From Macrostomum lignano (lineage: Eukaryota): a stretch of DNA of 64,000 nucleotides. Below are positions 12,059 through 26,724 of the stretch, piece after piece. The position numbers and the translations under genes are program-made. Every line of letters begins with the position of its first letter. Positions within the stretch are counted from its first letter, which is position 1. The stretch spans positions 1-64,000 of the forward strand of contig NIVC01003490.1 of assembly GCA_002269645.1 (NCBI GenBank). Reading direction: 5' to 3'. The notes beneath the pieces are model-generated. The model had not been told where the DNA came from. It worked only from the letters and a program-made list of their open reading frames with translations, and searched no databases.

Positions 12059-13515
12059 TACCCTCTGACTAACATTGTGCTTATTTTCCTTCAAACTTCA
12101 ATAAAACTTCAGTCAGTTGTGAAAGATTTATTCAACTTTATTAAAATGAGACCAAGATTGTAGAAATCGGTTTATCTGTTCCGAAATTATTGATAATTCT
12201 GTGCAGATAGTAGGGTGTCTGGTGCTGGTACACCCAGGACCAATCTCGTATTTGGGGGAATGTCACCATCCATGTCTCCAGAGTTCCTATTTTTAAGAAT
12301 CATGTGGGCTTGGTCTTTTAAATCCAAATATTTTAAGTTGATAAAGTTTTATAACAGCTAGAATGAATTGAAGGGATAAACGTTTCTAGTCCAGATGATT
12401 TAGATGTTGTCCATGTGCCAGCCGATCCCTAAAGCGTCTAATTTTCAAGTTTAATCAGTCGAGAAGCTTGTGATAGCTAATGCAATTGTTATTTTTTTAG
12501 TGTACGACTCTTGACTCGGCTCTTCTACCCTCTCATTATGCTGTTGAAGAGTGGAAAAAGAGGAACCTGCTTTTAAGAGGCAGGGTAACGTGTCAGGCGG
12601 ACATTGTGGTGTGTGTGTGCAGATGGAGAAGTCAGCCTCCTCTAAGTCTCAACCATGCGGTAATGCGCAGTGTAAAGTTGCCTCATCAGCGGACAAAAGC
12701 TTGGGCGCACGTGCTGGCGCCCCCCCATCCATATTTTGCTGCATAATTAATGCAGATAAAATAATTAGTGCCTGTATGAGTGTGTTAGGAGACCTGGCTG
12801 TGCAATGCAATGTGAGCCATGCCATATTAGTCAAACTACGAGTATTTGGCCAACAGCTCCAGTACCGATCAACAGATGAGGATTTTTGTCATCCAAAAAG
12901 CAGAATCTGCCAGCGGCGAAGTCTGAACAACAACGACAAAAGTTTCTATTTGTTGGCGCAAAGCATATCATTATATTGCAACAGTATTGGCACGCGGCTA
13001 ACACATAAGTATGCAGGAACTTTATAGAGCGGCGAAGAAACTCACGAAAACTTCTGAACTGATGTGTGCTAAAATTTACCCAATAACAGAAGGTATATTC
13101 AATCACTTTGAGTTCAACAGGTCCCAAAACAATGCGTTTTCTGAGAATTTTTTGACGCTTTGAACAGTCACGGAATGGAACCAACGAGAGTCAGGTGGCG
13201 CGAGAGTCAATTACACGTAGGTAAGGCTTGTGTGGTGCTGATTAGAACGCCTGTCGACTTGATTTGCAGATATTGTCAAAAGTTATATATAAAACTACAA
13301 AGTTTATCAAAAAATGGTATGGTCACTGAGTTCGCTTCATGCGCCTGCGACTCTCCGTCCCGGATCGGGCTCTGAGAATATTGTTAGTCAGACAAGAGTA
13401 GGGGTTGGCCATCCTTTATTGGTAGCCCAGCTGTTGATTACTTCTCGAGGCAATCCATCATTTCGATGTGTGTTTCCGTATGAAAGGCAAGGTGAAAAAT
13501 TAACTGTCTCAGAGA

Positions 13516-16500
13516 TCATCCCATGAACAGCGGTCGTGTCGGCGAAGTCCGGCCATAGAGGTGGTGGGCGGCCGGGCCGTGGCCATCGGCTTCCGCGTCG
13601 GCAATGAGGGGCAGCAAGACGCTCGCACTGCTGATGCCGGGTGCGGCACTGCCTCCGGGATTTGCTTGGAACAGACCGTCTTGATAGTACTGCTGCTGCT
13701 GCTGCTGCTGCTGATGTTGTTGATGAAGCTGCGGACGCTGGATTGGGATCGGCTCCTCATCCTCTAGCTGAAACTGCTGCCTAGTCAGGTGCGGCCTGAG
13801 CTCCGCCAGCAACGCCGACTCTCCGTCCGAGTTATAAGTCGTTCCGCTGCCGCCGCCGTTGGACTGCCAGAAGGCGAAGAACGGATCGGCGAAGTCTGTC
13901 ACCGGATCAACGATCGGTGGCGACTCAGAAAGTGGCAACTGCTGCTGCTGCTGCTGGTGCTGCTGGTGCTGACGATGCAACAGCATCTGGTGGTACTGCT
14001 GGTGCTGCTGGTGCTGCTGGTGTTGCTGGTGCTGCTGGTGTTGCCCAGTCACTGCAGATGGCAGAGCGATTCTCTCGCCAATTTGCATTGGAGCTGGCAG
14101 CCGCTGTTGCTGCTGTTGCTGCTGATAATGATGATGAATCTCGTGCTGCTGATGCTGCAGCTGCTGATGGAGCTGGTGCTGCTCCAACTGCTCACGATGC
14201 TCAGCTGGCGCTGAAGCATAGAATCCAACCGATGCTCCCAAGCCCGGATACGGAAGCATTCCGATGTACTGCTGCTGCTGCTGCTGCTGCCGTGAGGTGC
14301 TGCCTCGGGTCCTCCGACGAAAGCCGCCGCCGCAACTACCGCGGCCGCCGCCGAAGCCACCGCCCCAGTTGAATCCGGCCGGTGAAGCAGCTGCTGCTGT
14401 AGGTGGCTCGCCTGACGCTGAGCCGTTGGTGCTGGGCGGCAGCGGCACTGGTCGATGTCGACGCGATGATATGGGCAAATTAGTGACTGATAATATTGAT
14501 GATGCTGATGCTGCTGATAATGGGCCTGCTGGTGGTTGATGGTTGATGGGGCTGTAGGCCTGCGCTTGATTTTCGCCTTCGGCTGTCGCTGTTTCTGTGG
14601 CTTCACGGCGTTCTTGACAATCAGCTGCTGCTGTCTCTGTACCTGTTGATGCTGCGGCTGCTGTTGCTGTCTCTGTGGCTTCTTGGCCTTCTTAACAATC
14701 GGTTGTTGTTGTTGCGCAAATTGATGCTGCACCTGCTCCCGCCGCTGAACCTAGAATAGGTTGCGAGTTCGATTCCTATCTCAAGGTAGGTAGAATCTCA
14801 TGCGATCCTTTTCTCCCTGTCTCTTCCTGTCTCTCTTCCCGCCTTTCCCTCTCCCTCCCTCAATGTCCCTGTCTCCCTCTTGCACTGTCAAAGTCTCCCA
14901 CTCTCCCCTCACCACTGCGGGTACGCCGCTCTTCTTCAACAGTCTCATCCGCCTTCGAATGTCTTCAGCCGGCTTCAGATCCGGCGCCGGGTGGTCGTGC
15001 GCCCCCTTGGCTTGAAAATAGACGCAGCCGTTCAGGTGGCGCCAGAAATGCGTGACCGGGTAGCCGGAGTGGCCACGACAGGCCTGAAGGACCAGGGTGC
15101 CGTCGCATTTGGCGTTGGGGCACGGCTTGCCTGGAATGAAAGCAAAATCAGCGCGTCGGAAACGGGCTTTTGTGTCACAGCTGCCAGCTTTCAGCAGCTC
15201 ATGATTGTCAATGTGTCCGGTTTGTGAAGTGTCCGGTTTGTGAAGTGTCCGGTTTGTGAAGTGTCCGGTTTGTGAAGTGTCCGGTTTGTGAAGTGTCCGG
15301 TTTGTGAAGTGTCCGGTTTGCGAAGTGTCCGGTTTGTGAAGTGTCCGGTTTGTGAAGTGTCCAGTTTGCGAAGTGTCCGATTTGTGAAGTGTCCGGTTTG
15401 TGAAGTGTCCGGTTTATGAAGTGTCCGGTTTGCGAAGTGACCAGTTTGCGAAGTGTCCGGTTTGTGAAGTGTCCGGTTTGTGAAGTGTCCAGTTTGTGAA
15501 GTGTCCGGTTTGTGAAGTGTCCGGTTTGTGAAGTGACCAGTTTGTGAAGTGACCAGTTTGTGAAGTGTCCGGTTTATGAAGAGTTCGGTTTGTGAAGTTT
15601 GTGACCAGTTTGTGAATTGTCCAGTTTTTGAAGTGTCCGGTTTGTGAAGTGTCCGGTTTGTGAAGTGACCAGTTTGTGAAGTGTCCGGTTTGTGAAGTGT
15701 CCATTTTGTGAAGTGACCAGTTTGTGAAGTGTCCGGTTTGTGAAGTGTCCGGTTTGTGAAGCGTCCAATTAGTGAACCCATTCAACATTGCTGATAGACG
15801 GAAGCGTGAACTGACATCCAGAAACATTTTTCATCATCGGTGAAGCAGCAATGCTCTCACGACTGGAGCATTTCCCAGATCGGGGCCGGAAATGATTTTG
15901 TTAGCTCAAATTTCAACAAAATTCCAGCCGGCTACCGGGCGGGGCCCCGGTGACTATCTGCTCACTGTAGAGGAGAAATGAGTGAGGAAAACTAAGAAGA
16001 AAATTGCCCCCAGCCGAGAAGATGGTGGGCGGGGCACCAGCGTTGCTGCTGAAGCGCAGTGCCATCCCGTTAGGCCAGGTAACCGGTAATTACCCTGCGT
16101 GATTCCCAAGCCCTTGCAGGCTCATGGGGGGAGGCGATAGATGGGGTGTCGAATCTCTCGCTGAAATGGGAACCAGCTAATTGGGGTCGCGCTGAAAGCT
16201 GAGGGGGGAGAGCAGATATTGCAGCCATTCCTTCAGAGATAAACACTATCTATTGACTATTTTTTGGGGGTTGCTAAGCTGTTGCCAGCTTGCGCGAACT
16301 CTATGAGTCCGTGAATTGGTTCATAGGCGGTTTGCTTGCGGCTACAGTTTCACGATTTGATGGAGCTGATAGCTTATGAAATTGGTGCTTAAGAAATGCT
16401 AGGTCTAGTCTATAGACTGGCTTCAAGATCTACTAGGTCTAGTCTATAGACTGGCTTTAAAATCGACTAGATCTAGTCTATAGACTGGCTTTAAGATCTA

Positions 16501-19146
16501 CCAGATCTAGTCTAAAGACTGGCTTCAAGATCTACTAGGTCTAGTCTATAGACTGGCTTCAAGATCTACTAGATCTAGTCTATAGACTGGCTTCAAGATC
16601 TACTAGATCTAGTCTAAAGACTGGCTTCAAGATCTACTAGGTCTAGTCTATAGACTGGCTTCAAGATCTACTAGGTCTAGTCTATAGACTGGCTTTAAAA
16701 TCTACTAGATCTAGTCTATAGACTGGCTTTAAGATCTACTAGATCTAGTCTAAAGACTGGCTTCAAGATCTACTAGGTCTAGTCTATAGACTGGCTTCAA
16801 GATCTACTATAGGTCTAGTCTATAGACTGGCTTCAAGATCTACTAGATCTAGTCTATAGACTGGCTTCAAGATCTACTAGATCTATTCTAAAGACTGGCT
16901 TCAAGATCTACTAGGTCTAGTCTATAGACTGGCTTCAAGATCTACTAGGTCTAGTCTATAGACTGGCTTCAAGATCTACTAGGTCTAGTCTATAGACTGG
17001 CTTCAAGATCTACTAGGTCTAGTCTATAGACTGGCTTCAAGATCTACTAGGTCTAGTCTATAGACTGGCTTCAAGATCTACTAGGTCTAGTCTATAGACT
17101 GGCTTCAAGATCTACTAGGTCTAGTCTATAGACTGGCTTTAAGATCTACTAGATCTAGTCTAAAGACTGGCTTCAAGATCTACTAGATCTATTCTAAAGA
17201 CTGGCTTCAAGATCTACTAGGTCTAGTCTATAGACTGGCTTCAAGATCTACTAGGTCTAGTCTATAGACTGGCTTCAAGATCTAGTAGATCTATTCTATA
17301 GACTGGCTTCAAGATCTACTAGATCTAGTCCATAGTCTGGCCTCAAGATCTACGATTCTACTAGATCTAGTCTATACATAAAAGTCAATCAATTGAGATC
17401 TTTTTGTGTTGCCTAATATGAATATAAATATTTTTTTATATTTTAAACATTCTACTCATCATAAACTAGCAAAATTTGTCATTTTTATCTAAATCGTTGT
17501 ATTATCGAATCGGAACAACCGCAGATAGTCGAGACAGTGGGCCTATAAAACTTTCATTTTTATTAATAATCCTTGTAATTTTTGAATCGCTCTTTACTTG
17601 ACCAGATTCGATCAGTGTTGTGCGCTCTCCTGTACATCCAGCTGGTAGATGTGGTGCGCGCCATTTCAGATACAAATGAGTTGAAAATATTGTTAATCTT
17701 GTATTATTTTTTGAGAAAAGTGGTGGAAAATAGATTAGATCTAAAATGAATCAGATTTGGAACAGGAAACGAGAGAGCAGGGGAAGGGAGCGAAGACAGA
17801 CGGGAAGGGAGCACAATGGAGTGGGAAGGGAGCGGAGACAGACGGGAAGGGGTGGAATGGAGCGGGAAGGGAGCGGAGACAGACGGGAAGGGGCGGAATG
17901 GAGCGGGAAGGGAGCGGAATGGAGCGGGAAGGGGCGGAATGGAGCGGGAAGGGCTGAAGTGGAGTGGGAAGGGAGCGGAATGGAGCGGGAAGGGGCGGAA
18001 TGGAGCGAGAAGGGAGGGGAATGGAGCGGGGAGGGGCGGAATGGAGCGGGGAGGGAGCGGAAGGGAGCGGGAAGGGGCGGAATGGAGCGGGGAGGGAGCG
18101 GAAGAGAGCGGAAAGGGAGCGGAAGGGAGCGAGAAGGGAGCGAGAAGGGAGTGGAATGGAGCGAGAAGAGGCGGAATGGAGCGGGAAAGGGCGGAATGGA
18201 GCGGGAAGGGAGCGGAATTGAGCGGGAAGGGGAGGAATGGAGCGGGAAGGGAGCGGAATTGAGCGGGAAGGGAGCGGAATTGAGCGGGAAGGGGCGGAAT
18301 TGAGCGGGAAGGGAGCGGAATTGAGCGGGAAGGGAGGAATGGAGCGGAAAGGGAGCGGAATTGAGCGGGAAGGGAGCGGAATTGAGCGGGAAGGGGCGGA
18401 ATTGAGCGGGAAGGGGCGGAATGGAGCGGGAAGGGCGGAATGGAGCGGGAAGGGGCGGAATTGAGCGGGAAGGGAGGCGGAAAGACAGAAGCCGTCGCTT
18501 ACCGCACTGTTTTCTTCTCGCCTTGTCGCAGATGGCCGGCCGCAGGGCCAGCGGGTTGCCGCTGGGGGCCAGGCAGCCGCGGCTGCAGACCAGCACGCCG
18601 AGGCAGGACTTCTTCAAGATGCTCACATTGTGATTGTTGGTGTTCCGCATCGCCCAGCCGCTGGTGTGCCGTTTGGCCTCGTCCTGCCTGCCTCCATAGG
18701 CGTAGCGGCAGGCTCCGTCTGGCCACAGCTGGAAGCTGTCGGGCACTTGCGGCTGGAGATTGCGCGGCAGTTAGGGAGGAGACGACATGCAGTGTTTTTC
18801 AGCTTTGGTGCTTAATGCATGCGCTCTCTATTATTATCTACTCGTATATATACACGCACAGGCAGATGTCTACAGAGGGAAGCAGACGCACATGTGGGTA
18901 TCTATCAATATATACCAACTACACTCAGACCGCAGCAGGCAAATACTTTCTCAGGGTCATACGGGCAGGCACAAGTGGAAGGGTCAGGCGGCGCGCTCTC
19001 ACTGTTGGAAGCTGCGGGTCGTTGACGTCCCAGCGTCGGTCAGGGTCCAGCAGAGTCTGCAGTTTCTGCTTCTGCTTCAGTTGCTGTTGCTGCTCCTGCT
19101 CCTCCTGCTGCTCCAAAAGCAGCTGCTGCTTGCTGCTTGCAGGCAT
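13516..19146 (-). CDS. gcm: GCM transcription factor, paralog B (~615 aa, 4 coding exons, one apparent 1-bp deletion near 14290)
   Basis: Exons 19146-19003, 18752-18503, 15130-14913 and 14750-13516, all GT-AG with compatible phases. Contains WDVND...WPDG...[29 protein letters not shown]...[13 protein letters not shown]...C...[14 protein letters not shown]...[10 protein letters not shown], the canonical GCM domain. The last exon is 1235 nt (one short of a multiple of 3) and switches frame at a CAG run. Confidence 0.92.
15211..15775. repeat. 16-bp tandem array (GAAGTGTCCGGTTTGT), GCM-B intron 2
   Basis: About 35 copies. Confidence 0.9.
16398..17378. repeat. 34-bp tandem array with internal palindromes (CTAGTCTATAGACTGGCTTCAAGATCTACTAGGT), GCM-B intron 2
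   Basis: About 28 copies. Confidence 0.95.
17765..18478. repeat. ~20-bp purine-rich array (GGAATGGAGCGGGAAGGGGC), GCM-B intron 2
   Basis: About 35 degenerate copies, starting ~25 nt after the donor. Confidence 0.9.
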
Positions 19147-20779
19147 TTCTCTTGAGCCTTTGAGTCCTCGAGAGCGAGAGACGCAGAGACTCGAGCCCAG
19201 AGCGCTTGAAATAAGCCAATTTTAAAAGCAACGCTTGCTATAGCTTAATCCTGCACCCGCAACCCCTTTTTACACTCTGCTCAGCTATAGGCAGGGGATA
19301 TGGGAGGCAATGGGATATGAGTCTAAAATATGCGCGTTATTCCTGGTGCTGAGACCAGACAATGGGGGTTTCTGTAGGGCTCAATAACCCAGCCTTCCCC
19401 CCTGTTGCAGCGGCGGTGGCAGCGGCAACATACGCTCGTATTAAAAAATATTCTGCCAGCCAAAACGAAGTAGCAGCAGCGCAACCCCTCCCCTCTAGCC
19501 GGGTGGATCAGACAGCCAGCAGGTGGATTGGAGTGGAGGGGGGACAGGACTATCCTCCTGACATTTCCAAAGTCCTATCCAAAAAAGAAACAAATTTAAA
19601 TGGTTTTGCATGAGCATTGCAATGCCGTGTCTTGCGAAAGCAAAGCTATCTATGATTGTTTCATGATAAAAAAACCAGACTATGAATAAAAAGAGATGAT
19701 GGTTCGATGGGTTGTAAGTGTTCACTATTTTTTTTCGCGGCACCTTCACGTTGCGGCCGGCTGTAAAAGACTCTCGCTGTCTCTCGCTGCTCTTGCAAGG
19801 TCGTGTGCCATGCGCATATTTTGTCAGTTTATGTAAAAAATTTCATCCTTCCTGTTTACCTCAGCCTTAGCAACTGCAGCAATAAACTGCCTGCTCGGGC
19901 TGGTGGCTTGAGTTGTAAAATTTCCTGTGGGATTTATTGCTCGCGCATCTCTGGGGAAAATTTGCTTTCAGACTCATCCTAGAAGTTTTCTATTTTTCTC
20001 ATTTCTGTCTTATTTTTCTTTTGAAGGTGTGTGGGTGTTATGCCTAGCATTCACGCAACAAGCAAATGGGTTTTTTTACTCGTGTAAAATTGAAATTCTC
20101 CTTGCACCTGGCAACATAGGGGCTATAGAAGGATTTTTTCCTCACCAAGCCGAGACAAATTTCTTCAATATTTTCTTTTAATTGCAATCGGCAACCGCAA
20201 GTCTTTGTGCTGTGCTTCTATAATCTTTGTTTCACACCTGCCAAGGCGCTGGCGTCACCAGAGGCGACAGAGCTTGGCTGGGCAGTGGGCAGTTGCCGCA
20301 TGTCTCCGCATGGCTACTGGGCCCGCTCAGGCCCTCTGGGGCAGAAGCGACCGTTTCTACCTGTTGGCGAGTCCGTGAGGCCCGTGCGCCTCACCCCCGC
20401 CAACCAGCCCTCCGTTCCCTGAGGGGCGTCAAAAATTATTTTCGAGTCAAAGACGTCAAGTGACACCTGGCGACGGAACTTCGATTCCACTAAATATTCG
20501 AGTCAGTTTTGATTTTCTGTATTGTTCCCCGGCTTGGCACAGACGGTTGAGCTCTTCAAAATCCTAGCTTCAAGTCCCACTCGGACTGTTCAATTTGGCG
20601 GCATTCAAGCTGACTCACCTGTGAGTACTCGATGATGTTGTCGGATTGAAAACATTGCGTGAGTTGGACATTGGCATCGTGTGGCACGTTGCGCATTAAA
20701 ATTATAATGGCTAATTTTAGCATTGAACCGCTTCTGCTCAAACCAATAAATCTTAATTTTATGAGTGTGTCAGCTCGGG

Positions 20780-21740
20780 TCCAGGAATTGTCTGAGGAGT
20801 TTGTTAGTTCAGGTCTGAGGGCGTGTGTCAGGTCGGGTCCTAGATTGTGTCAGGTCGGGTCCGAGAGTGTGTCAGATCGGGTCCTAGATTGTGTCAGGTC
20901 GGGTCCTAGATTGTGTCAGATCGGGTCCGAGAGTGTGTCAGGTCAGATCCTAGATTGTGTCAGGTCGGGTCCTAGATTGTGTCAGATCGGGTCCGAGAGT
21001 GTGTCAGGTCAGATCCTAGATTGTGTCAGGTCGGGTCCTAGATTGTGTCAGATCGGGTCCGAGAGTGTGTCAGGTCAGATCCTAGATTGTGTCAGGTCGG
21101 GTCCGAAAGTGTGTCAGGTCGGGTCCTAGATTGTGTCAGTTCAGGTCTGAGGGCGTGTGTCAGGTCGGGTCCTAGATTGTGTCAGGTCGGGTCCTAGATT
21201 GTGTCAGATCGGGTCCGAGAGTGTGTCAGGTCAGATCCTAGATTGTGTCAGGTCGGGTCCTAGATTGTGTCAGATCGGGTCCGAGAGTGTGTCAGGTCAG
21301 ATCCTAGATTGTGTCAGGTCGGGTCCTAGATTGTGTCAGATCGGGTCCGAGAGTGTGTCAGGTCAGATCCTAGATTGTGTCAGGTCGGGTCCGAAAGTGT
21401 GTCAGGTCGGGTCCTAGATTGTGTCAGGTCAGGTCCTAGATTGTGTCAGGTCGGGTCCTAGATTGTGTCAGGTCGGGTCCGAAAGCATGTCAGTTTGGGT
21501 TCTAGATTGTGTCAGGTCGGGTCCGAAAGCGTGTCAGTTTGGGTCCTAGAGTGTGTCAGGTCGGGTACTAGATTGTGTCAGATCGGGTCCGAGAGTGTGT
21601 CAGGTCAGGTACTAGAGTGTGTCAGTTTAGGTCCTAGAGTGTGTCAGGTCGGGTACTAGATTGTGTCAGGTCGGGTCCGAGAGCGTGTCAGGTCAGGTAC
21701 TAGATTGTGTCAGGTCGGGACGTAGAGTGTGTCAGATTAG
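20780..21740. repeat. 22-bp tandem array (GTGTCAGGTCGGGTCCTAGATT) with 66-bp trimers
   Basis: About 43 copies. Confidence 0.9.
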
Positions 21741-23054
21741 ATCTAGGGAGTGTCAGGTGCAGTCGCGTCTCACACCTGCAGACTTACATCTAAGATAGTC
21801 CGATTTAATAAAAGAACGCAGGTTGTCATATCTCAGTCTGACGTCATAGTTAATAATGTAATTAGAATAAAATATTGTTGCCCATGGCATTATTATCTAT
21901 TGTTCCGTAAGCCGCACAAGATTACACAAGTCGGACAATGACGAAATCCTCTAAGGCTGTTAACAATTCCCAAATGTAGAATAGGGCCAAAAAGTGAGGA
22001 AATGGTACGTCATAACCAGCTTGCGCGAACAAAGATTTAAAGAAAACACAGAGCCGCCAAACTACTAGCGATAAGCAATCTTGCTGTCGCCAGAGCAACT
22101 GAAAAGAAACAATAATTCGGGATTATAATCGCTATAAAAATGTCACACAGGACAGGACTATTAAAACCCTAAAGGTATTTATTTATTATTTTATTGCTAA
22201 CTATTTTTAGTCTCACAGAGATTTCACGCACCGGAAAAATTTATGTAATTTAAAAAAAAATTGCGAAATTTTAGCAAAAAATAGCAACCATCGAGGGACT
22301 GGGTGAGACCGGGGGCAAGATGAGGGGTGGAGATGGAGCTGCGAGGCTTAGCCGCCTCATTAAATAAATTGTTCGCCCGAGCGAGAAAGCTAGCTTAGCT
22401 ACTCAACAGCCTCATCAACCTCACCCCCACCCGAAAGTGACAACCTTTTCTTTGCTTCACCGGCCGCAGAATTCAGACAGAGTGCAGATTGCAGTCATAA
22501 ATCTGCATTCTATAGCTACAGTATAATGCTATAAATTTGTGGTTTCGCTAACCCCCCCCCGTGCAAGGAGTGGCGCTTAAATTGCCCAGTGACGTCACTT
22601 TGATCGCGGATATCGGGGGGAGAGGTGCTCAAAACTGGGAGGCTGACAAAGACTCGGGAACAAGGGAGATTGAGAGAGAGAGGATATGACTACAAGGGAA
22701 GGAGTAACTTCTACAAGGATACAATCACGCGAAGCCACACTTTTCCGCTTTGCTCAATCACCTAAGCTAGCATCAGACACAGCATGGGAGCAGATAGTAC
22801 CCCTCAGTCAGTGTGAGCTGTCAATAATTCTTCAATGAAGATTATTTGCCTCACTCAGAGTTTTAAATTGTTTTTTTTTGCCATAGCTAATCAATTATTG
22901 ATAGGTCCATTCGCCTCGTCCTAATAGTGACCTAATTCTTTCTAGTTCTTGCCTTTCTAGACAGTAACAAAGGGAAGAGGTCATCGGGTTCTTAGTTTGT
23001 ATCTGGGGTATAAAAAGTCACTACAAGTGAGAACATGATCAGCTATCAGTTTAA

Positions 23055-23980
23055 ATCTAACCTGAATCTAACCTGAAACTAACCTGAATCTAACCTGAAT
23101 CTAACCTGAATCTAACCTGAATCTAACCTGAATCTAACCTGAATCTAACCTGAATCTAACCTGAATCTAACCTGAATCTAACCTGAATCTAACCTGAATC
23201 TAACCTGAATCTAACCTGAATCTAACCTGAATCTAACCTGAATCTAACCTGAATCTAACCTGAATCTAACCTGAATCTAACCTGAATCTAACCTGAATCT
23301 AACCTGAATCTAACCTGAATCCAATCTGAACCTAACCTGAACCTAACCTGAATCCAACCTGAATCTAACCTGAATCTAACCTGAATCTAACCTGAATCTA
23401 ACCTGAATCTAACCTGAATCTAACCTGAATCTAACCTGAATCTAACCTGAATCTAACCTGAATCTAACCTGAATCTAACCTGAATCTAACCTGAATCTAA
23501 CCTGAATCTAACCTGAATCTAACCTGAATCTAACCTGAATCTAACCTGAATCTAACCTGAATCTAACCTGAATCCAATCTGAACCTAACCTGAACCTAAC
23601 CTGAATCTAACCTGAATCTAACCTGAATCCAACCTGAATCTAACCTGAATCCAACCTGAATCTAACCTGAATCTTACCTGAATCTAACCTGAATCTAACC
23701 TGAATCTAACCTGAATCTAACCTGAATCTAACCTGAATCTAACCTGAATCTAACCTGAATCTAACCTGAATCCAATCTGAACCTAACCTGAACCTAACCT
23801 GAATCCAACCTGAATCTAACCTGAATCCAACCTGAATCTAACCTGAATCCAACCTGAATCTAACCTGAATCTTACCTGAATCTAACCTGAACCTAACCTG
23901 AATCTAACCTGAATCTAACCTGAATCCAACCTGAATCTAACCTAAATCTAACCTGAATCCAACCTGAATCTAACGTGAAT
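23055..23980. repeat. 11-bp tandem array (AATCTAACCTG)
   Basis: About 84 copies. Confidence 0.95.
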
Positions 23981-24644
23981 CTTCCGATTCCCAGAAATAA
24001 TGGATCGCAGCGAAGCAGCCCCCTAATTACGAAGTGTAACACTTTTCTGCAGGCAGAATCGAAGCCTGACCGGAATCTGGGTCTCGTCATCAACATGGGG
24101 GCCCACGCTGTGAGGTCACGTCACCACTTCTAATAATAGTTTAGCGATGAAAGAATCCCAACTTTTTTTATCCTCAAGCTTCTCAGCTCCTTTGTTTTCT
24201 TGCCTCTAACCAGGCGCACAGAATAGAACTTTAATCCCAGTGCTTTATATGCCGATGCTTCTGATAGCTGCCGGCTAATATTATGACAACATGCGCTTTA
24301 TAGGGCAGCGAGTAAATTGATGGTCTCCGCGACCCAGCAACTCCAGCTCCATTGACTGAAAAAGTGAAAATATATTCTATTTTCAATTACACGGCTTCTG
24401 CTTCTAGGGGCAGGCTGAAGAAAAAAGCGAAATAATAGCCTTGGGCTCATTACAAATTCTGCGCGGGCGTGTCTGCAGACAGTGAAGGCAGTTGTCTGCG
24501 GCTGGGACGCCGGCGGGGCGGCAGGCAGCGCGTGTCTGAGGAGCCTTCGAATCTGAACAATTCAATGCCGACTAGCGGGCGTGACCTTGGCGCTTGGGAA
24601 CAAGACGGTTGAGTGATTTACTGATAGCTAGACAGACAGACAGA

Positions 24645-25578
<934 letters not shown>

Positions 25579-26724
25579 GATCTACCTGAGCTACTGGGTG
25601 GGCAAGACTCATCACCTAGATCAAGATCGTTGAGTAGCTAGCAGAAGACTCAACAGGATAATCAATTATTCCTATTTTTAGCTCGAACAGAACAGCTGCA
25701 ATGTTGAGGCCGGACTCGCGGAACGGGGAGCAGAGGCGCCACAGGTTTCTGTTGCTCTGGGTTGGGGATTTATAGTGGGATCATAAATTTATGTCTTATC
25801 TCTGTAAACTGCTTACTTACCTATTCAGCAAGATTGCGATCATCGTCAGCCCGTCCCATCTCAAACCCCAACTCTGTCGCGTGTTGTTGCCAAGGTGGCA
25901 GTCGAGCTCAAGAAAAGCCCAGAGTCAAGAGCAGACTTTTTTCTCTTCCTCTGTCCGCCATTCTTCATATTTTTTGAGATTCCAAGTGCGGGTGGGCTGG
26001 ATTGCGACAAATAGCTTTTTTATGATTCTAACAAAAAACCTCAACTGTCTTAGAACAGGAATAACCTCACTGGATCTGCATCTTCTCCCTCAGCCATCTT
26101 CATTGTGTCTTGGTTGCCGACCGGGTCCGCCATTTTTGCCGCAAAATTTGAGATGCGAATCTGCTGCTAGCGTGTGCAACTCGAATACACAGTTTAAATA
26201 GGAAGTGCGGATTACCGGCAGATCTACGAGCGAGATTAACTTTGGTTGCCAAGGATAATGAGAGAGCATTCTTGGTGCCTAAGCCGGATTCTCTGACGAC
26301 AATTCCATGACTTCATTAGCAACCAGTTCAGGATCCGTGCGTGTCATCCCCCGGTCCTAACCTCAAACAAAGCAAAGGGCTTCTGAGTAGAATTTTCCAC
26401 TAATACCATTTGTATGGAAGAAAATTTGTCACGCGTTCCAACCGCACTACTTGTTTAGTAGAGGGCTTAGAGTTTATTGCCTTTATTGCAATCTTATAAA
26501 AAAAACAAATCAAACACATTTTCATTGTTCAGTTGTTTTGCGTGTTGGGATTTGCTATATTTTGAGTTGCTAACTCACAACTTCATCTTCTTAATAGCAG
26601 GAAAGTTTTCAAAGATCAAATAAAATACACTGTCAACTCTGCTCAAACCGTTCAATCGGTAAACGCGACAGTTTTTATGTTTGCAGGGTAAATTAAAACT
26701 CAGGGATCAGAAAAAGGATCAAAG

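Noticed and set aside
12551-13184. 158-aa and 117-aa ORFs 3' of GCM-B
   Set aside because: No recognisable domain, exon-like GC/codon bias or splice context.
23055-23980. Interstitial telomere (CAGGTTAGATT; also GGGATTAGG in the 58455 array)
   Set aside because: No true TTAGGG run; partial similarity is expected by chance among ~34 arrays.
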